DNA from: Octopus sinensis
Lineage: Eukaryota
Assembly (NCBI RefSeq): GCF_006345805.1
Contig: NC_042997.1
Span: forward strand, 165,912,001 to 165,976,000
Direction of reading: 5' to 3'
DNA length: 64,000 nt
The notes beneath the pieces are model-generated. The model ran no database searches and had not been told where the DNA came from. It saw only the letters and a list, made by a program, of their open reading frames with translations. The position numbers and the translations under genes are program-made. Positions 48,721 through 60,942 of this stretch are shown here, piece by piece (positions within the stretch are counted from its first letter, which is position 1; each line of letters begins with the position of its first letter).

Positions 48721-49374
48721 TTTGAGGTGAGGTGAAGTGGCTGTTGATTGTAAATGTGGTATTTGTCATAATGTAAAGGGAGCACAGATCAGGAAAGAAG
48801 GAAAGAAAGAAAGAAAGAAAAGAATTAGAGAGAGATAAGGGGGGGATTAATATGAAATATATGTAGTAGAAAGGATAAAGAACGGTTATAGAAATGAAAT
48901 AAGCTATAAATTGTCGACAAAGGGTGAAGAAAGACATGCTGAGGATTTAAACAAGATAACAATAACAACAAAAACAAAAATAAAAGAGTATTTAGTAAAG
49001 TAAAAATAAATAAGATTTGTGAAGCGATTAAGCGTTATTGATATGGTTGGGAAGTATAAAACTACTTAGTTCTTGTTGGCGAGACTGAATATTAAATGAC
49101 AACTCTGAGGATATTTTTTGACATGATAATATCTGTTAAGACTTAAAATAGATAACACCATTGATCTGACTTTGAAACCGGCAAGGCATAAATATAGTTA
49201 ATGCGTATTTTAAATTTGGGCTTAGGAGATTTTTCACTAAGATTAAAGGATGTTTTTGATATGGGATCTGAGTTCCCATCCCTCTCTCTGCACGTGTATG
49301 CGTGTGTTTGCTTGCATAAGTATATGTGTGGGTGTTTGTATGAGAGTATGTGTGGGTGTATTTTAATGTATGAT

Positions 49375-51500
49375 TGATTGATTGATTGATTGATTCTAGT
49401 TTCAGCTTATGAGCTGTGGCCATGCTGGGGCACCGCCATTTGGTGTTGCTACTTGGTTTCACTTCATGGAGGCTTTCTAGCAACTGCTATTTGGTGCATG
49501 AGAGAGTTCGATGCAGCTGCCCTCATCTGCCCCTCCTGCCGTGAAGTTGGTTCATCTGGGACACCTGACAGGAAGAGATCCAGCTTCATTTTAAAGACAT
49601 CTGTATCCACCCCATGCAGGTCTCTCAGGTTCTTGAAGAGCTGTGGGCCTCGGAAGCCCAGGCTATCACAGAATCTTGTCCTACATCTTGATGGCAGGTT
49701 TGGAGTCCTAGGAACCACGCAGTGGCGCCCAGTTCTGGCATTTGCGTAACTCTCGATGCCAAAGTTCAGGACACTTCCCTCCAGGATCTTCCAGATGTAT
49801 ATTATGGCATATCTTTCCCGCCTACGCTCCAGGGAATATAATTTTAATCTCTTGAGTCTTTCCCAGTAGCTTACATTCTGCATAGAGGCTATCTTCTTTG
49901 TGTAGCTTCGTTGGATCGCCTCAAGTTCTGTGATCAACTTGACACTGGATGGTGACCATAGCTGAGAGCAATAGTCAAAGTGGCTTAGGACAAGTGTCTT
50001 CCAGAGGACCATCATGGTTTCTTGTTCTCTTGTTCTAAAGGTTCTAAGAATCCATCCAGCCAGCCGTCTACATTTCATTGTCAGTTTAGCAACACGTACA
50101 TGAAAGGTCGCGTCATCACTCATGTGAATACCCAGGTCACGCACTGATTGTGTCTCTGGGATTGCAATCCCTCCGGGTCCAGTGTATTCATTGGGTATTG
50201 CATTCAGTTTTGCATGCTGATAGTATAAAGCTTGAAACTTTCCAGCATTGAACTGCATGCTATTCTTTTCAGCCCACTTGTATATTTCGTCCAGCTCACA
50301 TTGCAGGTGTTTAGTGTCCTCAGGGTTCTGTATTGCCTGTGAAACTTTTGTATCATCTGCATAACTTGTGATCGTGGCTCCCTGCGTGGCTGAGGGCATG
50401 TCTGAGAGGGCCATTATGAACAGTAGTGGTCCCAGAACAGTACCCTGCGGAACACCGCTCACTATTTGTGTGTTAATGGAGGTGGCCCCATTGGCTACTA
50501 CCACCTGACTTCTATCCTTCAGAAAGTCATGAAGCCATTCTCCCAGTTTTCCAACTATGTTGAGATCACGCAGTTTGTGACATATCATTCCATGATCGAC
50601 TTTATCAAAGGCCTTTGCAAAGTCGAGATATATCACTTCCACATTTGAGTGGTTGAGCAGCCGTTTCAGCACCCAGTCATAGTGTTGTAGGAGCTGAGTT
50701 AAACAGCTTCTCCCTGGTCGGAAACCATGTTGGGTGTCGGGCAGCAAGTCATTCTCTTCAAGGAAGGTGATCAGCTTCCTTCTGACTATTCGTTCCATGA
50801 CCTTGCTGATGTGTGAGGTCAGAGAGATAGGTCTATAGTTCTTGGCTTCCGCTCTGCTACCTCCTTTATGAATGGGGCATATTTTACCTTCCTTCAGTTT
50901 TCCTGGAAGTTTGCCAGCTGTAAGGAAGCTCTGAAAGAGGAACTGCAGTGGTCTTGCTAGGACTCTCTTACATGCTTTTAGGAGGATTGCCGGGAATCCA
51001 TCGGGGCCAGTAGCTGAGTCTGTTTTCATTTCATCTATAGCCTTGGTTACATCGTCTTCCTTTATATCGATGTAATCTATCGTGGCCGCCTCTGATTTTA
51101 TATCTGCAGTGGTAAAAAAGTCAGTTGGATTGGTGATTTGGAGATGCCCAAGGGGTGGAGTGAAAACACTCTTGAATTGCTCATTCAGTATTTCACTTAC
51201 CCTCATTGGTTTTCCTGTAAGTGTGCCATCCTTTTCGAGGAGTGGCCCTATTCTACAGTGCACTGTAGCTGTTTCTTTGGCATACCTGTAGAAAGCTCTG
51301 GGGTTAGATTTTATGTTTTCTATAGCCCAGGCTTCTTTGTCTGCTCTTTCTTTTTCATGGGAGAGTTGCAGACATTTTTCGATTTCCAACAGTTTTATTT
51401 TTAGGCGGGACTTTTCACTGCTTTCAATCTGTTTGTTTAGGCGATTTGAAAATTTCGTACGCCGTCTCATTAAAATTTTCCTCTGTTCTAGTTTTGTCCT
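49375..51500 (-). mobile_element. CR1-group LINE, 5'-truncated, with (ATCA)n tail
   Basis: RT ORF, short 3'UTR with stem-loop, and a GATT repeat tail at 49372-49395. Confidence 0.9.
49464..51470 (-). CDS. Uninterrupted 668-aa reverse transcriptase ORF (no endonuclease domain, truncated)
   Basis: TGPDGFP, YRPISLTS, QHGFRPGRSC, YLDFAKAFDKV, GVPQGTVLGPLLF, YADDTK, RDLG, HFDYCSQLW. Confidence 0.85.
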   Translation of the reverse strand: MRRRTKFSNRLNKQIESSEKSRLKIKLLEIEKCLQLSHEKERADKEAWAIENIKSNPRAFYRYAKETATVHCRIGPLLEKDGTLTGKPMRVSEILNEQFKSVFTPPLGHLQITNPTDFFTTADIKSEAATIDYIDIKEDDVTKAIDEMKTDSATGPDGFPAILLKACKRVLARPLQFLFQSFLTAGKLPGKLKEGKICPIHKGGSRAEAKNYRPISLTSHISKVMERIVRRKLITFLEENDLLPDTQHGFRPGRSCLTQLLQHYDWVLKRLLNHSNVEVIYLDFAKAFDKVDHGMICHKLRDLNIVGKLGEWLHDFLKDRSQVVVANGATSINTQIVSGVPQGTVLGPLLFIMALSDMPSATQGATITSYADDTKVSQAIQNPEDTKHLQCELDEIYKWAEKNSMQFNAGKFQALYYQHAKLNAIPNEYTGPGGIAIPETQSVRDLGIHMSDDATFHVRVAKLTMKCRRLAGWILRTFRTREQETMMVLWKTLVLSHFDYCSQLWSPSSVKLITELEAIQRSYTKKIASMQNVSYWERLKRLKLYSLERRRERYAIIYIWKILEGSVLNFGIESYANARTGRHCVVPRTPNLPSRCRTRFCDSLGFRGPQLFKNLRDLHGVDTDVFKMKLDLFLSGVPDEPTSRQEGQMRAAASNSLMHQIAVARKPP

Positions 51501-51807
51501 TTAATCAAGGTTTCTTCATATTTTCGTATGCGCAGTATTTTTTTTATTTATTTTTGTTTCAGGTTTTTTTTTTTTTGGTGGGGAAAAAAGAATAATGTTC
51601 CTAAATCTCCATCAGTGTTTTTTGACCCCCATTGTCTCATCTTCAGGGTGAATTGATGTTGAAATGTATTACATTGGCAGAGCCAATACGTATAGATCTT
51701 ACCGCCGAAATTAAAAATTTGTCTGTGTGTTTATTTTACTGTCTTGTACTATGAGCATTGCTTCCACCATTAATAAACTATTGTCAAGAGGAATTCTGTA
51801 GACTATA

Positions 51808-52193
51808 TGCGTAGGAGTGGCTGTGTGGTAAGTAGCTTGCTTACGAACCACATGGTTCCAGGTTCAGTCCCACTGAGTGGAACCTTGGCCAAGTGTATTC
51901 TACTATAGCCTCGAGCCGACCAAAGCCTTGTGAGTGGATTTGGTAGACGGAAACTGAAAGAAGCCTGTCGTATATATGTATATATATATATGTATGTGTG
52001 TTTGTATGTTTGTGTGTCTGTGTTTGTTCCCCCAACCTCACTTGACAACCGATGCTGGTGTGTTTACATCCCCGTAACTTAGCGGTTCGGCAAAAGAGAC
52101 TTACAGAGAATAAGTCCTGGGGTCGATTTGCTCGACTAAAGGCGGTGCTCCAGCATGGCCGCAGTCACATGACTGAAGCTGGTAAAAGAGTAA
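51808..52193 (+). mobile_element. SINE family B, contiguous reference copy
   Basis: tRNA-like head with GGTTCAGTCCC B-box, central (TA)/(TG) tract, stem-loop tail. Confidence 0.9.
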
Positions 52194-52225
52194 TGTTTTA
52201 CTGTCTAGTTTTGTTTTGTGTAGTA

Positions 52226-52525
52226 TTGGGTTGGTGCATAATTATTGCGGCTTTTTTTCAACAATTTTTATTCAACAAAACAATAATATCATGTAATCCT
52301 CGTCGTCGTAACCGACGGAGTGCTTCCAATATCATGTAACAAAAACATCCTTAAATGATTATTCCGGTGCATATTTACTATCAACTTCAATTACTGTTTC
52401 CCATTTGCTTGGCAGACAGTCAGACCGTCATTTTAAGATGTTTTTGTTAAATATTGTTATGGTTTTTAAAAAAAAAAATTTGTAGAAAAAAAAAAAGCTG
52501 CAATAGATTGCAACTGCTCCATGTT
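52226..52525. mobile_element. Mariner-type MITE relic
   Basis: TA+TTGGGTTGGTGCATAATTATTGCGG TIR; the right TIR is degenerate. Confidence 0.5.
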
Positions 52526-52609
52526 GGACGTGTTTAATGAACCGGCAGAGATATCGTACTTTCGTTATTTATGGTTCTGACTGTAATATTGATTTCAAAT
52601 TTTGACTTA

Positions 52610-53070
52610 AGACCAGCAATTTCAGAGGAAGGGATAAGTTGATTACACTGACTCCGGTGTTCGACTGGTGCTTATTTCATCGGCCCCGAAAAGTCGATAA
52701 GCAAAGTCAACCTCAGCGGAATTTGAACTCAACGCGAAGAGGGAAGAAATGCTGTTAAATATTTTGCCCCGTGTGCTGAAGATTCTGCCAGCTCACTGCC
52801 TTGGCTCTAACGGTAGTATTAGCCATATGTCCAGCTCAATAGGTTTACAGCTTTACTGATAACTTATTTGTTAAGGTCAATATGATATCCCCGGGTAAGG
52901 TGGCGAGCAGGCAGAATGGTTAGTACGCCGGCTAAAATGCTTAGTGGCATTTCATCCGACTTTACGTTCTGGGTTCAAATTCTGCTGGGGTCTACTTTGT
53001 ACCTGTTGAGCGCTAGAGTAGACTTAACCCCTCTCCCGAAATACAGGCCTTGTGCCAAAATTTGAAACCA
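52610..53070. mobile_element. Two diverged family A SINEs (52610-52805 minus, 52895-53070 plus)
   Basis: Similarity to family A. Confidence 0.7.
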
Positions 53071-54339
53071 ATATGATATCCCCGCCTGAAGATTTTTCTT
53101 TTGTAGCGGTAACCGATAATAAACTCTCTTCCTGCAATTCTTTCGTTGGTTTTCTGCAGTGTTTTTCAACCAGACTCTCAAAGATATTACCATAGATTAC
53201 TGTGTAACTTTGGGGCAATGAAATTACAATACTTCTTTCGGATTTCTTCTAGCTACACCGCTTTATACTGTGTCCAACCATATCTCTACACTGCTGATCC
53301 ATTTCAACTGAATTTGTTGATAATAGTTTTTCTATCAGCTACTCTTTCTCTTTTCTGGTGATGGAGTTTCTCACTGTCACATTTAGTTTCTGTTTGGTGT
53401 TCAAGTTATACCCAAGTTATTTGTCTTATTTCTTTCCATACAAATCAACATAAAGGTTTTGTTTTTATAATTTTATAACAATTACATCAGTCGCTATTGA
53501 GTTTTTATAACTCCGTGAAAAACGAGCCTTATATGACTTCAGTTTCTACTATAACTACAGTTTATATGATTTACCTTTTCAATGCTTGAATATTTTCTTC
53601 TTTAATTAAACCGAGATAAATCAGTCTAGATATGCAACTGGCTTTCTTCTGTTATAAATAAGGTGATTTCTTACATATAGTGATTCCTTTTCTGATATAG
53701 ATAAGTGAAACACTTTTGCTGAACAAGTCAGCGTTACTTAGATCGTATTATACAAGAACTACAAATGACATTCAACATATTATTGATAGTGACAGGAACG
53801 GAAGGAATATCAAATACATGATGTTCATAAATTACCTTTACAATCTGAAAAAATTAAAAAAAGAGAACTTAGGAGCGCTTATAAGAAAACATAAGCAGAC
53901 AAAGTTTTATTAGAAATATCAGAAAACTTCCACTTAGGCTCTGTTGACTGCACGCAACCTGTCGAGTTATCCTCTTCTTCTTATTATTTGTTTGGATTTT
54001 TCAAATTGTAAAGGTAATTTATAAACACCCTGTATAATTTTTTATCCAAAATTATAGCAAACAAGGAACCTCAGTGTCTAAATCTCCTTCAAATTACGCC
54101 CTGCTATCTTAAAAAAAGAAGACCCATTCCCATTGGGAAATTCTCGATACCCTGTCTATATAGTCCAAGATATCCCAATAATATAAACCTTGATACTTTG
54201 CTCGATCATGGTTAACTTGGAACAATTGCAACAACGAAATGCCTGCATCAGTTACGAATTGATAACCTTTAAACTCTTAGTCCAGTATCTAAAGCATTAG
54301 ACCATCGTGGACATGTATCTTTTCCCGATAATATATAAA

Positions 54340-55503
54340 TGCATTGCAAGTGAGGGAAAAGATTATTCTCAACCAGTCATGACTCAACGGTACCCCATTA
54401 CCAAAAATAATGACAGAAGTGGCTGAATAAAAATACCTCAGAAATTGCTGGCTTTCAGTCTAAATCAGGCGGGGTGGCGGTGTTGATTAAGAAAGGTCTG
54501 AATCTAGAATAGAGGGAGACCGTGTTAGGAAACTAGAAGAGGCACTTAGTAGAGGCATTGAGACCGACGAGATTGGCTCTTGATCAGTTCTTCAATACCA
54601 AGCACGAAGGAAGCATTGCCAAAGATAGGGCGCATACGCACTAAGACACGAGGGGATGAAAGCCGTTCAATGGATCCGTGTGGCGGTGGCGCAACCTGAA
54701 AACAAATTTACAAATCGATCTTTAACGGGCTGGGATGGACTCTTGCAACTCAATTCCTAGCAGTGCTACCGGGCATGGAGTGGGGGCTTCGCCGGTTCGA
54801 GACAATTCTACAAACACGGAAGTGCTGTCGGACGGACCTGTCCGAGATGTGAGCTGGGCGAAGAAACCGTTCTGTATGTATTCATCCAGTGCCCGGGCAT
54901 TTCTGAGTAGCGGAACTTTATCGGACAACTGTTGTTGCATGTTGGACGGATCCAGCTATCGACCGAATCCATCGTGAAAATTGCCGCGCCTCCCTCTTTC
55001 GGTCGGGAAGGGCAGGTAGTTTTCCTCTGTTTGGTAACTATGGAGAAAGAGGCAGTGCGCTGGACGAGGTTGAAAGGAATGAAGACAGACGTCTTCCTCT
55101 TCGGTCAAGGCCACATCGACTTTTTCAAGTTTCACTTGAAATGAAAGGTGCAGTTGGAGAGGGAAATACTGCCCCTTGGCAGTTTTGTTGAAAGGTGGGT
55201 AAGTGTGGAGACGATGGCCCGTGTGAATGGGCCTACTCTTAGCATGTGCCTGTAGCCCGGAGGCAATGGAGAGAAGAAGAGGAGCACTCGAAGTGCCGTT
55301 GGCGTTCCGAATGTCTAGGATGAGTGGGGTTCCTTGGTTGCCCTTGGGTGCGGCTTCCTCCCTTTTGGGGAATTTTATATTTACGAATTCCTATTGCTGT
55401 TATTGTTTTTTACTCTTTACAAGCACTCTAAGTAAATCTCTACTACCTTCTATATTGAATCGTTCTTTATCTTTGTGTGCGGCCTTTGTGGCCCATAAAG
55501 AAA
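54340..55503 (+). mobile_element. Internally deleted Tx1/L1-type LINE with 3' end
   Basis: SKSGGVAVLIKK APE remnant, ETVLYVFIQCP zinc finger remnant, 3' end ...TTGTGGCCCATAAAGAAA. Confidence 0.7.
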
Positions 55504-55505
55504 GG

Positions 55506-55565
<60 letters not shown>

Positions 55566-55568
<3 letters not shown>

Positions 55569-57745
55569 TCTTTTTATCACAGGTTTTGTTGGAGCTCCTA
55601 GAACTACATGCAGCCTACGGCACCATGCTATCCGTTATTTTCAGCTATTAATACCTTCCTGATTATTCTGGCTATGCCAAAGAAGCCAGCCTTTTGTAGC
55701 ATTTCTGCTGGCCACTCTATTCCAATTTACTTTATATTCCTCTTGATGCATTCTGATACTGTACCCAAGGATCCACAATAATTGGCACTATCTTCACCTT
55801 CTTCATTTTCCATAGCCAGAGTATTTCGTACTTAAGAGAGCTGTATTTATCTATCTCTTCGCTTTCCTTCTCGACTATTCATCGGTCAAAGGGGCACGCA
55901 ACATCAACTATATAGCATATATGGTGCACCTTGTCCACAACCACTAAGTCTGGTTTGTTGTGCTCTAGCACCTAATCTGTTTTGATTGGGAAATCTCAGA
56001 GGATTTTGCTAGTGCTCGACTCCGCCACTCTCTGCGGTTTGTGCTCATACCACGTCTTGCCTCTCTCCAGCTCCCACTTTTCGCACAGTTTCCAGTGTAG
56101 CACTTTCGCTACCTGATCGTGTCGCCACAACTTGTAGTGGTTTTGGGCAAGTCTAGGGCATTCGTTCGTGATATGGGCAATAGTTTCATCCACTCTGTTG
56201 CAGATGCGACACAGCGGAGACACTTGCTCATTCCTCTGGTTGACCCTCTTGTTCGTGGCCAAAACTTGGTATTGTGCTGTCAGTATAGTGCTCTCGGTCC
56301 CTCTTTTTAGTGTTCCCTTCATCAGCTAATCCCACCTAGTTTTCCAACAACTTCTGCAGTAGCTACATGGAATTGATTGTGTAGTCCCTTGTTGCGTAAT
56401 TCTTCTTTATGTCCTCTTTGTACTTCTTCCTTTATTTCCCCTTTTTCTGCTTTCAATACTCCCTCGGTCCTAATTGTCACTAGCAAAGTTTCCTTACTTT
56501 GGGATAGGTGTCTCATTAAGCTCTCGGGTTCGACACGCACGCAGTTTTCCACATCAATCCCCTTCCACCATTTGCTCTCTTCAGTGTCCGCGCGTGGATG
56601 ATGGGTTTCATGCATTGTTAGGAGCTTTCTTGACTTCCTGTTCATCTCCTTTAGCTTCTCCTCTGTCCACTTAAGGATTCCAGGGCCATACCGAACTACT
56701 ACCGCTGCACTCGAATTTATTGCCGAAATTGTTTCTGGCATTCAGCCAGAAAAGGTTATCAATTAAGAGCTGATCCTTCGTTCCCCGGCTCCTTTTCCAG
56801 TACCCTTTCTGTTCAATGGGTAGTAGCCCACTTTTTTTCAAGTATCTGTACACTTCACCGGCCAAAGCACCTGACATTAGTTTCACCATTAGCGAAAGGC
56901 ATTTTATTCACACTTTGCTCTACGTCTTCACTGCCGCCTTTCATTTTTCTGTTCTCACTGGGCACGTTATCTGTTGGTGAAGTATTATTTCTATCTTCTA
57001 CTTTCCTTTTTATCTCTTCTATTTCCATGTCTATTAACTACCCTTTTGCTCTTATTGTTCTTGCCTAGTCGGCTAACCGTTGCTCACTTGTTTCGAAGAG
57101 CCCTATCTCATTCCATTCTGCTTTCACTCGTTGTCGGAATCCCATTTTTGCGGGGTTCACTCCTGATCCAGCATTCAATTACCGTTTAGTTTGCCTCCTT
57201 ATCCCACCTTCTTCTCTGCCTTTGGCTTTGTGTACAGCAGTCTCTGGATGGCGACCGGGCCTGCGCTGCTCAACCACAGCGCACCTGCCGGGCGAAAGAC
57301 TTTCACCTTTGGTTCCAACCTCATTAACACAATTATTTGATATATTTGTATTAGACATTTTCACTCAACATTGAGGTATGTATTTTAAAGTTAGTCACCA
57401 GCCGATATTTTTATAGAGACCATCTCTAGTAAGATTGTCAACCAGGACTGCATAGCTCTTACTACCCATAAGTTGGGCCTGTTCACTTCGCATTTCTGTG
57501 TTGGGGATCATGATCATTAGGAGACAGGTGAGCGTCAGCTGGTCCCGTATCTTCATCTACATATTACTCCGGAGTTAAGTCCCGATTCGCGGTTCATTCG
57601 CATCGCAGGCATGGAGCCGTTGGACACTGACAGGTTGTCACCACTGTAACTAAGGGGTCTTATCTACCCCAGTTTTTAAATCTGAGTGTTCCTTCTCCCA
57701 GACAGACTGCCAACCAAGGCTCACGAGTCCTGTCTACCCGTTACT
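55566..57745 (-). mobile_element. Internally deleted R4/Dong-clade element with 5'UTR and 3' end, (ATT)n on both sides
   Basis: N-terminal EWNEIGLFETSEQRLAD, EQKG...[35 protein letters not shown] remnants. Confidence 0.8.
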
Positions 57746-57763
57746 ATTATTATTATTATTATT

Positions 57764-57805
<42 letters not shown>

Positions 57806-58320
57806 GAGTGAGAGAGCAATGCATGCCATCAAAGTGACACTGGAGTGCAAATATATGAAGCATCATGACTACCTATCTGATAAGGATACACCAGGCACAT
57901 GCATCACGACTATATGTGCGAGACATGGTGATCTCATATCAAAATAAACAGCGCATGACCTTAGAAGTTCTTTAGATTGAGTAGCCCATCCCACTCAAAA
58001 GGTTCTCGAATAAGCGTTGTTTAAGGATGTTGAATGAAACACCCATGTTTCAAGAGGTGAATTATTCAAACCCCAAACAATTCTCAACTTATGGCTATGA
58101 TGCTTCACCACTACTCCTGCTCATGAACAGAGATGCACATATTGTCATTCATTAAGGGACATGCTCAACAGGTGAAAGTCAAACAACTGACTAGCAAATC
58201 TATGGTACTGAGCAGAATATTTGCTGTAGCCTATCTTTTACACCAAGGCAAAACATGTACAGGATAATATTTCCAATCAGTTAAGCCATACGAGCCAGTA
58301 CCTGGTATTGCATCAGGGTA
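57806..58320 (-). mobile_element. Family D retroposon, (GTT/ATT)n and (CAT/ATT)n flanks
   Basis: Matches the other two family D copies. Confidence 0.8.
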
Positions 58321-58345
58321 TTCATCATCATCATCATCATCATCA

Positions 58346-58416
<71 letters not shown>

Positions 58417-58439
58417 TATTATTAAGACTGTGACTGTAG

Positions 58440-58860
58440 AACCTTTAGGATGCCGGACAAAATACTTAGCGGTATTTCGAGCTGGCAGAAACGTTAACGC
58501 GCCGGGCGAAATGCTTAGCAGTATTTCGTTTACCGCTACGTTCTGAGTTCAAATTCCACCGAGGTCGACTTTGCCTTTCATCCTTTCGGGGTCGATTAAA
58601 TAAGTACCAGTTACGCACTGGGGTCGATGTAATCGACTTAATCCGTGTGTCCGTCCTTGTTTGTCCCCTCTGTGTTTAGCCCCTTGTGGGTAGTAAAGAA
58701 ATAGGTATTTCGTCCGTCTTTGCGTTCTGAGTTCAAATTCCGCCGAGGTCAACTTTGCCTTTCATCCTTTCGGGATCGTTAAAATACGTACCAATCAAGC
58801 ACAGGGATCGATATAATAGACTATCCCGCTTCCCCCAAATTTCAAGCTTTGTGCTTATAG
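58440..58860 (+). mobile_element. Tandem cluster of family A SINEs
   Basis: Repeated heads and GAGTTCAAATTCC cores. Confidence 0.85.
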
Positions 58861-59149
58861 CTTTTCTTCGGTAGTTTCATGCGAGTTTCTACCACACCAC
58901 CTGGTACACCTCTTCATTCCTAAGGTGTTCACGGCATTGTGTCAATTTTGTGGCGATAGGAGGGGAGTAACATCTCCTCCTGCACCACTTTGTTTTTTAT
59001 GAAGTTTAATTTCTTGTGAAATTAGTATATGTGTTGTTGTGCGTGGTGTACGTAATATGAGTTGTGTTACTTTATTGTGCATTGTATATGTTGCGTGAGT
59101 TGTTTTATTTTAAACTATTATATGTATTCTGCACGGGGTGTATTCTGTG

Positions 59150-59660
59150 TGTGAAGATCGTTCTGTGTGAACTATTCCATTGATGGTGTCCTGCGCAAAA
59201 TGTGGGCTGATCCTAGAAGAGCTATTTTTGGGGCCAATGTATAGTGTTGTGAGTTCTGGTACGGCTTCTATGTTTCTTTGCATATTTTTTAAATCATGCC
59301 TAATTCACCAATAACTAGTCGTATTGTTTTTCACTCTCATGCCCCGCATCTTGAATATTTCAGTTTCAAGGTCCTTGTATTTTGGCAGATTCACCACTTT
59401 TCGGCCAATATTTTCGTCAGATGAGATTGCAATATTTACGAGTGTGCACGTGTCTGTTTTCCAGTTAGATATTATTTATCACCAAACGGTTAACCCTGAT
59501 TTCCATCGGTTTGAATGGGCATATCTCAGATTATTGTCCTTTACCATTTTGGGTACATGCCTGAACCACTTCTTACTTGTTTCTACATTGAAATGTTGGT
59601 ATATTGCCTAGTGGATGCAGCTGTCAATACGATATATCATCTTGCTACAATGATGCTCAT
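59150..59660 (-). mobile_element. R4/Dong RLE-domain fragment
   Basis: Remnants of RYHIDSCIH*AIYQHF, KYKDLETEI. Confidence 0.6.
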
Positions 59661-59749
59661 GCAAAAATTTCCATAGATTAATATGACAATGATGTGGAAT
59701 GAAAAGTCACTAAAATTTGAAGAGAGAATTTTATAGGAGTGTCATAGAT

Positions 59750-60330
59750 TTTTCTTAAAATAGTTAAAATTCGGGTGGCTAGGTGTATGTATAACAGCTT
59801 TGCAGCTATTGCGTTTCCAAACATGTTTTGTTGGAATTAGTGTGGGACATCCTGACAAATTGTGGAGTATCTTTTGGAGCAGAAAATATAATTGTGGAAC
59901 AGAAAATGCAATTCACACCCGACATTTATCATCTATATTGCAGAAGTTATGGATAGTCTTTCAATATATTTTGTGTATCGTGAATGTTGTTACTTCCGTT
60001 GTTCCATTCACACCAGATTTGTTCATATAGACTAGAGTTATTCTTTTTATTCATATATGCCGCACTCAGCCCGCGGAAATATTGGCCGTAAAATACTGGC
60101 GTTTATGGTTATTCATTGCATGAGCCATCAATATGTCAGATTTTGATGATGATATAGACTTAGACTTTAACTGTCAGAAGTCAAATTCTAACTCATGCGA
60201 GAATTTTGCTGCTGCAGATATAATGGACATACTGTCTTTCTTTACGGTGATAATCAACATGGGCATAAAGATAGAAAGATAGTGGTCAACATTAATAACT
60301 GCCTTCTTAAGTTGCTCTCTGAGGTTAAGC
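59750..60330. mobile_element. Possible piggyBac transposase relics
   Basis: Plus frame ILSFFTVIINMG...*WST resembles the PGBD4-type motif; heavily degenerate. Confidence 0.3.
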
Positions 60331-60911
60331 GATCCTCTACCATCTTGTTTAAGGATATATATTCATCGAGTATCGGACTTACCGAGTAGTATGCGGTGTA
60401 TTTGGTAGCTTTCTCATATCACAGAAGATGAAGGCGAAGTCATCTAGCGGTATTCAAGCATCACACGTTATATATATATTGGCATTAATTACCCACAATC
60501 CAACTACCATTACTGTTACGACGAACGTCACCATCATTAGAACAAACACTACCATTACTACTACCGCTGCAACCTGCTTCACCAAACCTATACTTTAAGT
60601 GTATGCTTACACTTACTTGCCAAAGAATCAAAGGCTTGCGTACTGTCACTTAGAATGACACTAAATCTAGCTTTGTTATGACTTAATTGCTGCAGCCTTT
60701 GTTGACGGTCTCACACTTAATCCCTGTTAATTCAAATATCAGTTTTCTGTTAAGATTGTTATTTATCTCACTGTTTAAATTTACACAAATTTACTTACAT
60801 ACACATAATTACACTATTTGTTTTGTATTTCCTAAGTCTGGTCATTTCCATTCGTCTTTATTTTAAACAAAGACCACACACACACTTACACACTCAAACA
60901 CACACACACAC

Positions 60912-60942
<31 letters not shown>

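Noticed and set aside
53716-53913. 65-aa ORF after an acceptor-like site as a host exon
   Set aside because: No recognisable motif, no clear donor, and A-rich composition explains the open frame.
57600-57745. HDV-like ribozyme at the R4-type 5' end
   Set aside because: Only nested hairpins were found; no P1.1 or P2 pseudoknot could be built.
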